Source: Euglena gracilis (Eukaryota). From it: DNA of 64,000 bases. The DNA lies in contig CP154954.1 of the NCBI GenBank assembly GCA_039621445.1, positions 40,479,572 through 40,543,571 on the forward strand, written 5' to 3'. The notes under the pieces were generated by a model. That model searched no databases, was not told the origin of the DNA, and was given only the letters and a program-made list of their open reading frames with translations. The position numbers and the translations under genes were made by a program. Positions 1-12,270 of this stretch are shown one piece after another (position 1 is the stretch's first letter; each line of letters begins with the position of its first letter).

Positions 1-3000
1 CAGTTGGGAAACAAAAGGGATTTGCCTCCGAAAACGGGTGGGTACCACAAGGGATTTGCCTCCGAAAAGGGGTGGGAAACACAAGGGATTTGCCCCCCAA
101 AACGGGTGGGTAACACAAGGGATTTTGTAATTTTGGGGCCCTCGAACAGTTGGGCAACAAAAGGGATTTGCCCCCGAAATTAGTGTGTTACCCACCTTGT
201 GTTACCCACCCGTTTTGGGGGGCAAATCCCTTGTGTTACCCACCCGTTTTGGGGGGCAAATCCCTTTTGTTGCCCAACTGTTCGAGGGCCCCTAAATAAC
301 AAAATCCCTTGCGTTACCCACCCGTTTTGGGGGGCAAATACCTTGTGTTACCCACCCGTTTTGGGGTGCAAATCCCTTTTGTTGCCCAACTGTTCGAGGG
401 CCCCTACATAACAAAATCCCTTGCGTTACCCACCCGTTTTGGGGGGCAAATCCCTTGTGTTACCCACCCGTTTTGGGGGGCAAATCCCTTTTGTTGCCCA
501 ACTGTTCGAGGGCCCCAAAATAACAAAATCCTTTGTGTTACCCACCCGGTTTGGGGGGCAAATCCCTTGTGTTACCCACCCACTTTCGGGGGCAAATCCC
601 TTTTGTTGCCCAACTGTTCGAGGGCCCCTAAATAGTGTTACCCACCCGTTTTGGGGTCAAATCCCTTTTGTTGCCCAACTGTTCGAGGGCCCCAAAATAA
701 CAAAATCCCTTGAGTTACCCACCCGTTTTGGGGGGCAAATCCCTTTTGTTGCCCACCCGTTTTGGGGGGCAAATCCCTTTTGTTGCCCAACTGTTCGAGG
801 GCCCCAAAATAACAAAATCCTTTGTGTTACCCACCCGGTTTGGGGGGCAAATCCCTTGTGTTACCAACCCATTTTCGGGGGCAAATCCCTTTTGTTGCCC
901 AACTGTTCGAGGGCCCCTAAATAGTGTTACCCACCCGTTTTGGGGTCAAATCCCTTTTGTTGCCCAACTGTTCGAGGGCCCCGAAATAACAAAATCCCTT
1001 GTGTTACCCACCCGTTTTGGGGGGGAAATCCCTTGTGTTACCCACCCGTTTTGGGGGGCAAATCCCTTGTGTTGCCCAACTGTTCGAAGGCCCCAAAATT
1101 ACAAAATCCCTTGTGTTACCCACCCGTTTTGGGGGGCAAATCCCTTGTGTAACCCAACTAATTTCGGGGGCAAATCCCTTTTGTTGCCCAACTGTTCGAG
1201 GGCCCCAAAATTACAAAATCCCTTGTGTTACCCACCCGTTTTGGGGGGCAAATCCCTTGTGTTACCCAACCGTTTTCGGGGGCAAATCCCTTTTGTTGCC
1301 CAACCGTTCGAAGGCCCCAGAATTACAAAATCCCTTGTGTAACCCAACTGGGATTTTGTTATTTTGGGGCCCTCGAACAGTTGGGCAACAAAAGGGATTT
1401 GCCCCCCAAAACGGGTGGGTAACACAAGGGATTTGCCCCCCAAAACGGGTGGGTAACACAAGGGATTTTGTTATTTTGGGGCCCTCGAACAGTTGGGCAA
1501 CAAAAGGGATTTGCCCCCCAAAACGGGTGGGTAACACAAGGGATTTTGTTATTTAGGGGCCCTCGCACAGTTGGGCAACAAAAGGGATATGCCCCCGAAA
1601 TTAGTTGGGTTACACAAGGGATTTGCCCCCCAAAACGGGTGGGTAACACAAGGGATATTGTTATTTCGGGCCCCTCGAACAGTTGGGCAACAAAAGGGAT
1701 TTGCCCCCGAAATTAGTTGGGTTACACAAGGGATTTTGTAATTTTGGGGCCTTCGAACAGTTGGGCAACAAAAGGGATTTGCCCCCCAAAACGGGTGGGT
1801 AACACAAGGGATTTACCCCCCAAAACGGGTGGGTAACACAAGGGATTTTGTAATTTTGGGGCCCTCGAACAGTTGGGCAACAAAAGGGATTTGCCCCCGA
1901 AATTAGTTGGGTTACACAAGGGATTTGCCCCCCAAAACGGGTGGGTAACACAAGGGATTTTGTAATTTTGGGGCCTTCGAACAGTTGGGCAACACAAGGG
2001 ATTTGCCCCCCAAAACGGGTGGGTAACACAAGGGATTTTGTTATTTCGGGGCCCTCGAACAGTTGGGCAACAAAAGGGATTTGCCTCCGAAAACGGGTGG
2101 GTACCACAAGGGATTTGCCTCCGAAAACGGGTCGGTAACACAAGGGATTTGCCCCCCAAAACGGGTGGGTAACACAAGGGATTTGCCCCCCAAAACGGGT
2201 GGGTAACACAAGGGATTTTGTAATTTTGGGGCCCTCGAACAGTTGGGCAACAAAAGGGATTTGCCCCCGAAATTAGTTGGGTTACACAAGGGATTTGCCC
2301 CCTAAAACGGGTGGGTAACACAAGGGATTTTGTAATTTTGGGGCCTTCGAACAGTTGGGCAACACAAGGGATTTGCCCCCCAAAACGGGTGGGTAACACA
2401 AGGGATTTGCCCCCCAAAACGGGTGGGTAACACAAAGGATTTTGTTCTTTAGGGGCCCTCGAACAGTTGGGCAACAAAAGGGATTTGCCTCTGAAAACGG
2501 GTGGGTAACACAAGGGATTTTCCCCCCAAAACGGGTGGGTAACACAAGGGATTTTGTAATTTTGGGGCCCTCGAACAGTTGGGCAACAAAAGGGATTTGC
2601 CCCCGAAATTAGTTGGGTTACACAAGGGATTTTGTAATTTTGGGGCCTTCGAACAGTTGGGCAACAAAAGGGATTTGCCCCCCAAAACGGGTGGGTAACA
2701 CAAGGGATTTACCCCCCAAAACGGGTGGGTAACACAAGGGATTTTGTAATTTTGGGGCCCTCGAACAGTTGGGCAACAAAAGGGATTTGCCCCCGAAATT
2801 AGTTGGGTTACACAAGGGATTTGCACCCCAAAACGGGTGGGTAACACAAGGGATTTGCCCCCCAAAACGGGTGGGTAACACAAGGGATTTTGTTATTTCG
2901 GGGCCCTCGAACAGTTGGGCAACAAAAGGGATTTGCCTCCGAAAACGGGTGGGTAACACAAGGGATTTGCCCCCCAAAACGGGTGGGTAACGCAAGGGAT

Positions 3001-4318
3001 TTGCCCCCCAAAAAGGGTGGGTAACACAAGGGATTTTGTTATTTTGGGGCCCTCAAACAGTTGGGCAACAAAAGGGATTTGCCCCCCTAAACGGGTGGGT
3101 AACACAAAGGATTTTGTTATTTAGGGGCCCTCGAACAGTTGGGCAACAAAAGGGATTTGCCCCCCAAAACGGGTGGGTAACACAAAGGATTTTGTTATTT
3201 TGGGGCCCTCGAACAGTTGGGCAACAAAAGGGATTTGCCCCCCAAAACGGGTGGGTAACACAAGGGATTTTGTTATATTGGGGCCCTCGAACAGTTGGGC
3301 AACAAAAGGGATTTGCCCCCCAAAACGGGTGGGTACTGGTAACACAAAGGATTTTGTTATTTTGGGGCCCTCGAACAGTTGGGCAACAAAAGGGATTTGC
3401 CCCCCAAAACGGGTGGGTAACACAAGGGATTTTGTTATTTTGGGGCCCTCGAACAGTTGGGCAACAAAAGGGATTTGCCCCCCAAAACGGGTGGGTAACA
3501 CAAGGGATTTTGTTATTTTGGGGCCCTCGAACAGTTGGGCAACAAAACGGATTTGCCCCCCAAAACGGGTGGGTAACACAAGGGATTTTGTTATTTAGGG
3601 GCCCTCGAACAGTTGGGCAACAAAAGGGATTTGCCCCCCAAAACGGGTGGGTAACAGAAAGGATTTTGTTATTTTGGGGCCCTCGAACAGTTGGGCAACA
3701 AAAGGGATTTGCCCCCCTAAACGGGTGGGTAACACAAGGGATTTTGTTATTTTGGGGCCCTCGAACAGTTGGGCAACAAAAGGGATTTGCCCCCCAAAAC
3801 GGGTGGGTAACACAAAGGATTTTGTTATTTTGGGGCCCTCGAACAGTTGGGCAACAAAAGGGATTTGCCCCCCAAAACGGGTGGGTAACACAAGGGATTT
3901 TGTTATTTTGGGGCCCTCAAACAGTTGGGCAACAAAAGGGATTTGCCCCCCTAAACGGGTGGGTAACACAAGGGATTTTGTTATTTTGGGGCCCTCGAAC
4001 AGTTGGGCAACAAAAGGGATTTGCCCCCTAAACGGGTGGGTGACACAAGGGATTTTGTTATTTTGGGGCCCTCGAACAGTTGGGCAACAAAAGGGATTTG
4101 CCCCCTAAACGGGTGGGTAACACAAGGGATTTTGTTATTTAGGGGCCCTCGAACAGTTGGGCAACAAAAGGGATTTGCCCCCGAAATTACTTGGGTTACA
4201 CAAGGGATTTGCCCCCCAAAACGGGTGGGTTACACCAGGGATTTGCCCCCCAAAACGGGTGGGTAACACAAGGGATTTTGTTATTTTGGGGCCCTCGAAC
4301 AGTTGGGCAACAAAAGGG
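1..4318. repeat. 78-bp satellite array built from related 44-bp and 34-bp subunits, with an internal inverted block at ~184-1349
   Basis: Unit GGGATTTTGTTATTTTGGGGCCCTCGAACAGTTGGGCAACAAAA (44) + GGGATTTGCCCCCCAAAACGGGTGGGTAACACAA (34). Extra 34-bp subunits occur in 1-3030 and near-pure 78-mers in ~3030-4150. The array runs off the left edge of the window. Confidence 0.97.
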
Positions 4319-4899
4319 ACAACCAAAGTTTTTTTTCTTTGGAGGGGGGGTGAGGTCGTGGGGTGGGCCGACCCTAAGTCGACCCTAGGTTTGTTGGGGG
4401 AGGGGGGAGGTCGTGGGATGGGCCGACCCTAAGTCGACCCTAGGGACGGCCCATAAGGGTCGCCACCCACCCCACAGTCTAGGGGGGGGGTCAATCACAG
4501 CGACCTTTGGCGATCTTTGGCGACCGTGGGCCGACGTTAGGGTCGGCCCACAACCCCCCCCCCCCCCAGGCCAGATCCGGGAGCCCAAACCCTGTGACCA
4601 GTGGTGCACCTGTGAGGAAAAAAACAAAAGCACGCCTGTTGATCCATTTGAAGGAGGTTAGGCAGGGGTGGGGGGGAGGGTTGGGGGCTTCGCCCCTAAA
4701 GGAATTTCAATGGACAAACTTCACCGGTGAAGTTCACCGGTGAAGTTCACCGCCATGTATTTCCAATGAAGAGGGGGGGGGTGGGGGGGGGTCCCGCCCG
4801 AAAAACCCAAAGTCACCGCCTGATCTCCGAAGAATGGCCTGAACACATTTTCCATCTTCGGTGGTGTGAAAATAATTCTGTGAAAAAAATGCAAAAAAG

Positions 4900-4988
4900 A
4901 TTGCGGAAAAATTGCGGAAATTGCGGAAAAATTGCGGAAAATTGCGGAAATGGCGGAAAATTGCGGAAAATTGCGGGAAAATTGCGGA
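4900..4988. repeat. (AAAATTGCGG)n 9-10 bp microsatellite
   Basis: About 9 tandem ATTGCGGAAA(A) units. Confidence 0.9.
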
Positions 4989-5094
4989 TATCAATTTCCC
5001 CCCTGCGCGGGGGGGACGCGGGGGGGGGGATGTGGGGGAGACGCCATTTTTTTGGGACAGTGGAATTAGGGGGGGGGTTGGGGTTGGGGGGGGG

Positions 5095-5685
5095 GGGTCG
5101 CGGGGGGGTCGTGGGGGGGGGGTCGCGGGGGGAAATGGGTTTCGCGGCAGGTCATCTGTGACTTGTGTGACGTCGCCCTATCCTCTAATTTTAGATCCCA
5201 ATTAGGAATTTGCGTGCCATTTGGGTCCGAAAATAGATCCAATTAGGAATTTGGGGCCAATTTTTCGTGTTTTTGATTCCTAATTGAGTGGCAAATTCCT
5301 AATTAATGCAAATTTTTTGTACTTTTTGGGAACCCGAATTGGGCTCAGAGTGGGGTCGCGGGGGGGTCGCGGGGGGGGGGCGCGGGGGGGTCGCGGGGGG
5401 GTGGGGTCGCGGGGGGAAATGGGTTTCGCGGCAGGTCATGTGTGACTTGTGTGACGTCGCCCTATCCTCTAATTTTAGATCCCAATTAGGAATTTGCGTG
5501 CCATTTGGGTCCGAAAATAGATCCAATTAGGAATTTGGGGCCAATTTTTCGTGTTTTTGATTCCTAATTGAGTGGCAAATTCCTAATTAATGCAAATTTT
5601 TTGTACTTTTTGGGAACCCGAATTGGGCTCAGAGTGGGGTCGCGGGGGGGTCGCGGGGGGGGGTCGCGGGGGGGTCGCGGGGGAA
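5095..5685. repeat. Tandem duplication of ~280 bp with GGGGTCGCGGGG and AATTAGGAAT motifs
   Basis: GGAAATGGGTTTCGCGGCAGGTCAT...GGGCTCAGAGTGGGGTCGC occurs at ~5131-5360 and again at ~5415-5645. Confidence 0.9.
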
Positions 5686-7705
5686 ACACCCCCAGGAATT
5701 TGCCACGAGAAAATTTTGGTCAAATTAGGATTCTACCACAACAAATTGGGACAAACACACCCCAAATTAGGAATCACCCGCCGCAAGTTAGGAATCACCC
5801 ACGCCAAATTAGGAATCACCAACCTCAAATTTGAATTAGGAAACAGATTCCTAAAATTGGCTGTCTCGAGAACAATTTTTTGGTTCCAAGGTGGGACGCA
5901 GGGGGGGGGGACGTGGGGGGGGGACGCGGGGAGACACCCCATTGTCTTTGTCCAGGAGTTAAGGAGCAGGATTCGGCCCTCATCGCGCTCCCGAATGAAC
6001 CTCGATATGCGAACTTAGTCGGCGTACATCCTCCATCCTCTGGGGGGGGGGAGGCAATCCCCTTCTTTGTGCAAGGCCCGAACCGGTTCGGGCGTGAATC
6101 CAGTGTCTGGGAGACATCTCAAGGCACATAAACTGAACGCAGTGAATGGTCAGACATTTTGAGTGAATAGAGCAGAGCCAAAAATCGGGCTAATGTGGGG
6201 AGCGCATTGGGGACAAGGCAGTACAGTTGGTCAAACCTTGGGACCCCCCTCCCCCCCTATACAGCTTCCAACCCCCCCCCTGGAACCCCCCCTCCCTCCC
6301 CTGTGCCTTGTCTCCATTGATGGCAATGGTTGTAACCTGGCCCTTCGTTGTGCCATTTATCGGCATTTTTTGTTCTTTTTATCCAAAAAAAAATCGTTTT
6401 TATTTTTCTGTTTCAAAAAAAACGGGCAAAGGAAGGCAAAAAAACTAGGCAAAAATGATGGCAGGGCGGGATTGAGGTTGAAACCGACCGCGGCGCCTTC
6501 GGCGCCGTGGTCCCCGCCCCTGGGCTCCCCCTAACTCTTGGCCCAAACACAGTTCTTGACACAGAGGATTTCAAAAAAAAAGTTCAACTTCAATGTCAAC
6601 GACCTCAACGCCAATGTTCAATGTTCAAAATTCAAAAAAAAAACGAACTCACAAAAAGCACGGATTAGACCATCTCCTCTTCTAAAACCTTCCTCAAAGG
6701 CAAGGGGGCGACGGCAGTACAGTTGGGGTTTTTTAGGTTTTAGCCCCCCTCCCCCCCCCCTGTACAGGGGTACGCCGTGGTGAGGGGGTCCGAATAGGGG
6801 GGGGGGAGGGGGGTAAATGGCGTGGCGAGGGGGTCGGCGACCAAGGGGGGGGGAGGGGTGTACCATGGTTTCCAACAAAATTTTCGTTCAAAAAAAATCG
6901 CGAAAATCCCCGGTGGCGTGGCGAGGGGGGGGGTAAATGGCGTGGCGAGGCCCTCGGAGAGGGGGGGGGGGGTACCAAGGGGGGGCGGCACGCCGTGGCG
7001 AGCCGTCCGGCTAGGGGGGGGGGGAGGGGTCCCGGATGGGGGGGGGGGAGGGGCGCGCGGGGGTTTTCCAAGAAAATTTTTTTTGGCTCGGGTCTGAAAA
7101 GGGGGGGGGGTAAAATGGCGTGGCGAGGGGGTCGGTGGGGGGTGCGGGGGAGGGGTGTGCCGACCCCCCCAACCCCCCACAGTTGGGATTTTCGGGACCC
7201 CCCCCCCTGGTGCCGACCCCCCCGAGACAGATGAAAATTTTGACACTAAAAATGGCCTTTTTAGACCAAAAAAAAGGCCTTAAAATTTTTTCCGGCGCAT
7301 TCGGCGTCGGTTTTTGGCCGATTTTTGAGGGGGGGTTGGCAGCACAATTGGGACCCCAGGACCCCCCCTGTGTTGAGACAGTACAGCAAAAAGTGCCAAA
7401 AAATGCAAAAAAAAACTGACCTCGGGACCCCCCTCCCCCCTGCCAACGCTCCAAGTTTGACACCTTTACACACTTGCACACGTGCACGCAGAAAGTGTGG
7501 CTGGTGGCGGTTTCTTCACGGTTCTTTTTGTCGTCGAGGGAGGTCCCCATTTTGCCGTGCCGAGGGGGTCAGTTCTCCAGGGGGGTCCACCCCCGTGAAG
7601 CTGGAATTTCGCAAGGAAAATTCATTGGTATGGTTCGGCATGCCGTGCTTAGGAGGTCGGCTGACCAGGGGAGGTGTCCCATTTTGTCTGGCTGCCCTGG
7701 CTGGT

Positions 7706-8179
7706 CTCGGCACGGCTCGGCACGGCTCGGCACGGCTCGGCACGGCTCGGCACGGCTCGGCACGGCTCGGCACGGCTCGGCACGGCTCGGCACGGCTCGG
7801 CACGGCTCGGCACGGCTCGGCACGGCTCGGCACGGCTCGGCACGGCTCGGCACGGCTCGGCACGGCTCGGCACGGCTCGGCACGGCTCGGCACGGCTCGG
7901 CACGGCTCGGCACGGCTCGGCACGGCTCGGCACGGCTCGGCACGGCTCGGCACGGCTCGGCACGGCTCGGCACGGCTCGGCACGGCTCGGCACGGCTCGG
8001 CACGGCTCGGCACGGCTCGGCACGGCTCGGCACGGCTCGGCACGGCTCGGCACGGCTCGGCACGGCTCGGCACGGCTCGGCACGGCTCGGCACGGCTCGG
8101 CACGGCTCGGCACGGCTCGGCACGGCTCGGCACGGCTCGGCACGGCTCGGCACGGCTCGGCACGGCTCGGCACGGCTCG
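7706..8179. repeat. Perfect (CTCGGCACGG)n minisatellite, ~47 copies
   Basis: Uninterrupted 10-bp repeat, itself a dimer of CWCGG. Confidence 0.99.
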
Positions 8180-9946
8180 CACGTGTCTCGCGCGTGTCGT
8201 GCCCGCGCGTCGCCCGTGCGAGCGTGTCGCCCGTGTCGGCGTGCTGTTCTTTGCCGTCGGGACGGGTCACCGCGAGCCGTTGCACCCGCCTGTCACTTGG
8301 GCGGTTTCACTTCGATTCTCGCTGGCCTTACCCAGAGGGGTGTGGGCCCTTTTCTATTTTTTTTTGCGTCGGTTGGTCTCCCCACGTTTGCCTGCGCGAA
8401 CAGAATTCAAGCAATGAATTCAACAACAGTTATCATTATTGATTTGCTGTGGATGACGGGATTGCTGCCGGTGTGCACTGATGCAGAAGTTCGCCTGTTT
8501 TTCCGAGTTCATTGTTCACATGTTTTGTGATCAACACGAAATCTCTCCCGCTGTAAGGGTTTATGATGCTTGTTATTAAAAAAACCTGGTCATAAATCCA
8601 GGTCCCTGGTCATCCTGCGTTGGGCTCCAGATCATGGAACGTTTGGCCACTGAAGGTTGAATGCAGGTTTCCCAAAAAACGTCTCGATTGAGCTGTCAGA
8701 GAGTCAACGGCAGTTGACTCTGCTGACAGCTGACAATTGGATCATTTGCATCATTTGGCACTTGGCGATTCTGTTTCAGCAGCAGACCTCAGAAGTTTCG
8801 CCATTTGCTTGATTAAAGAGGTGCACTGCACTGCACTGCACTGCACTGCTGTCAGAGAGTCAATGGCGGTTGACTCTGCTGCCAGCTGCCAGTTGCATCA
8901 TGGCACTTGCACTTTGGTGATTGGGTTTCAGCAGCAGACCACCAGTGTCACCATTGGCTTGTTTGATGAGGTGCACATGGGACTTGCCTCACTTGATGGC
9001 AAGAATGCCTTCATTGCACTGCACAGCCAACTTCCACTGCCACTGCTTGCATTTCACTGCCAGGGCTTGCAATTGTCCTGAAGTGAGTCAAGGCCGAGGA
9101 AATCCCCCTTGCAATTCATTGTTCATGGTTTGTTTTATATGAGGATATGTCAAAGACCGCAGCGACTTTGGTGGCCACTGGAAGTTTTGAGTGACAGAGG
9201 GAAGCATAAAGTGGACTTGTTCACTTGACGACAATTGCACTTGGCCCAGCAGTGCAGTGCAGGCAGTGGCAGTGTGGAGAAATCAGTGGCAATGCAGCAG
9301 GTGGTCAGTGACTCGATGCTCAGTGGCAATCAGCAAACAGTGCACTGCACTGCGCCCAGCCATTCCAGTTCCCATGTTGTGATGCATTTGCACTGATTGG
9401 TTTTGCCTTTCAGATCATGTGCTTCACCCAGCTGACTGCCCTTGTTAATTCATGAGGTGCCATGGCTTGCCTTTTGAATGGAGGACCATCCACTGCACAA
9501 AGGACTTGCATTGATGGCAGAGGCTGCAAGGGAACTGGCACTGCATCACAGTGTGACAAGCCAGATTGCATGGCGAAGTGCAGTGCACAGCAAAGCATAA
9601 GTGAAAGACAGTGCATTGGCCCCAAATGGAGTCAGTGGAGGGAGGCAGAAGAAATGGAAACAGTGCAAACGTAGAAAAAGGCAATGAGCAAACAGTGGGA
9701 AGTGATAAAAGAAATGCAAAACAAAAAAAAGCAGAAACTCGGTGGGCAAAAACAAAAATCAAAAACCCAGCAAGGGGAAACGGGGTGCCCAGTGGCTCAG
9801 AAAAGGCCAAAATTGCATTTTTGGTTCGTTTTCATCACCACAAAAGAAAAGCTGAAAAGAAATGCCATCCCGGCTGGATTTTGGCTTTTTTCCCCCTGTT
9901 TTCGGGGTACCCGCCAGGTCCTGGCACCTCCCTGGACCCTGGGTTC

Positions 9947-10013
9947 TCCAAGCATTGAGTGGAAAATGCCAAATTTGGTGTGTAAACTTGGCATTTTCCA
10001 CTCAATGTTTGGA
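9947..10013. repeat. Near-perfect fold-back palindrome (26-bp arms)
   Basis: TCCAAGCATTGAGTGGAAAATGCCAA ... TTGGCATTTTCCACTCAATGTTTGGA, with one mismatch. Confidence 0.92.
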
Positions 10014-10130
10014 GGACCCCCCAGGGTCACCACTGATTGACAAGGATTGCATGCAAGTCCTTCACAAACGAAGAATGTGTTCTGTATCTTAGGGCCAGAA
10101 AACGCCTCCTCCGTTATACGACCGCCACAA

Positions 10131-10238
10131 TTTTTAGGGTTATTGAAGGAGTGGGGTTAGGTGCGCAAATGGCCATGGCCATTTTGCGCAACCCAACCAT
10201 TTGCACACCTGACCCTACTCCTTCAATAACTCTAAAAA
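10131..10238. mobile_element. Short fold-back MITE-like element, probably TA-flanked
   Basis: TA|GGGTTATTGAAGGAGTGGGGTTAGGTGCGCAAATGG ... CCATTTGCACACCTGACCCTACTCCTTCAATAACTC|TA. The same left end (TAGGGGTTATTGAAGGA) recurs at ~43923. Confidence 0.7.
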
Positions 10239-10527
10239 ATCCGACGCAGAAAAATTTCGGTGGCGGTCTTTTGACGAAGGACACCCAGAAAACCCCCCCT
10301 CCGCCACCACCCAGGCCTCAATTCGGGCTGTTTTCTGTGCAGATGATGGTGTCAAGTTATGTCAAGTTGGGTGAAGTGTTTGAATGTGAACTTAGTCGGC
10401 CCACAGCCTCCTCACAGGAGGGGTGTTGTCCCCTCCCCCCCTCCACCTCAAACAACACAAAATACTGGGGTTCTTCGCTCCTCGACCTTCACCCCCCAAA
10501 CGACTCTTGAAGGAACAGGGTTGGGCC

Positions 10528-10563
10528 AGGGTTAGGGTTAGGGTCAGGGTCAGGGTTAGGGTT
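10528..10563 (+). repeat. Short interstitial telomere-like tract (TTAGGG/TCAGGG)x6
   Basis: AGGGTT AGGGTT AGGGTC AGGGTC AGGGTT AGGGTT. Confidence 0.8.
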
Positions 10564-12116
10564 GGGTGGTGGTTGAGTAGCGAGTTTGTTGGCCAATTAG
10601 CCAAAAGGGGGGGGGGCTTGAGGACCCCTAATTTTTCACCCATGCAAAAATGGTTGATTTTTTGTGCACAGTTCATGACTTTTTCTCATCTGGCGAAGTT
10701 CAAAAAACGGACGCTTTTGGAGGTTTTTGTGCCTGCCAATCACCCTCACCCCCCCCAATTGCCCCCCAACTGGCTAATTGGGGCCAAAGGACGTCCATTG
10801 GCATTGGCCAATGCGGGGGGGTCGGGGGGGAATTGGCCACGGGGCTCCAGTGAAGGTACCCCAAAGATAAAAAGAATTCCACGAGCTAGATTTTGGCATT
10901 CTGCCCCAGGAAAATTTTTTCCACTCCCACATTTGGCCATTTTGGTTCAAAAATGATGCCAGATTGTCCCCAGATTGGCCATGTGGGCCGAGGCTGCCCA
11001 AGGAACCAATCTGCCCCCCATCATTGTCCGTGGGGGCAAAAAAGGGCAAAATGGCAGAAAATGGCATCAAAACGGACCAAAAAATGGCTGAAAATAGGTC
11101 ATTTTTTTGCGTCAAAAGTTTAAGTGTTGGTCACATCAATGCAGTGCCATCGAATTCTTCTCTCCTTCAAGGTCGTGAAGGCCAGATTTCTGCTTCGGAA
11201 ACCCACCCCACGGGGGGGGGGGGGGGCTAGGGGCAGGCACGACGAGGGGTGTGCCTGCTGGGCAGGCAACCTGTAGCACCCCCCCCCCCGGTTGGTAAGC
11301 AAAAGCTTGGTGGAGGCTGCATTTTTTGGCAAAATTCGGAATTTCTTGGCCATTTTCACCCAATTTGGGTCATTTCATGGTCATCTTGAAAGGTCGTTGG
11401 GGAGTTTCCCCTTCCTCCTCTCTGTCACAGCTACCGGTACAGTGGCACAGTCCCCCCCAGCGCCCCAGTGCTCCAGTGCCTGGCGATCACCTGGTGACCG
11501 CCAAGCCATACAATTGCTCCTGGGGTTGATCTCTCACTGAAAAGACCTCCACTTGGGAAAATATGCATGATGTGAGCAATCCATGACACCAAGGGATTTG
11601 GGCACACTTTTTGGTGATAAAACCTGGTGTATTTCCATTTCTCACCAGGACGTCGTTTTGGCCATTTTAATCAGTTTCGGAGCAATTGTATGCTGGCAGC
11701 AACTCCTCCTCCCCCCTCCAAAATTTGCCCTCCCCGCCGCCCCGGTGCATCACGTGGTGACCACCGGCGGCGGCGCCCTTCCCTCCGCTCTCCCCGCCTT
11801 TCTCCCCCTTCGACGCCCCGCCCAGGGCTGCCTCAATAATTCTACACAACCACGAGCTCCAGACAATGTCCACAATTCAGGTTATCTTCTTTGCAAATGA
11901 GCCAGAAATCGAACTGTGTGGTGAGCAAGTTTGTTGTCATCGTGGTCCCCCCAACCATTCATTTTGCTGGCAGCCAAAACCACACCGCCCCACCGAAGTT
12001 TTCCCGCTGTCTTTTTTTTTAAACCCAAAAGAGCTGCTTATTTAAGGGGTCCCTGGCTCTGTCAAATTTGAGGAGGGGTCATTCTTGGAAGGCAACATTT
12101 GCATGAAATGAAGCAG

Positions 12117-12270
12117 CCTTATCCACGTCCCACGGCTGGCCCTCCCGGCCCCACGGCCCACCCTGCCGGCCCCGCCAGCCCCTCAGCGGCCCCTGCCGGC
12201 CCTGCTGGCCCTCCCGGCCCCGTGGCCAGCCCCGCAACTCCTGTTGGTCCTGGCCACACCATTGCTCATG
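12117..12270 (+). CDS. Candidate Pro/Gly/Ala-rich exon (PYPRPTAGPPGPTAHPAGPASPSAAPAGPAGPPGPVASPATPVGPGHTIAH)
   Basis: CAG acceptor at 12114-12116, open frame with C-ending codons, GTTTCT at 12271. Linkage to the downstream exons is not demonstrable. Confidence 0.4.

Noticed and set aside
1-4318. CRISPR-like repeat/spacer appearance and long ORFs (e.g. 3036-4031)
   Set aside because: There are no unique spacers and no cas genes. The ORFs arise because the 78-bp unit is a multiple of 3 and lacks stops in some frames.
5950-6135. Unique coding-like patch (minus strand ...WRMYAD*VRISRFIRERDEGRILLLNSW)
   Set aside because: Too short, has an internal stop, and the YAD motif is not enough to call a reverse transcriptase.
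7325-8530. 401-aa and overlapping ORFs with (GTARHGSARL)n
   Set aside because: All frames are open across a stop-free 10-bp repeat, so there is no coding signal.
11430-11826. GC-rich islands that might be further upstream exons
   Set aside because: No convincing, phase-compatible splice boundaries could be assigned.
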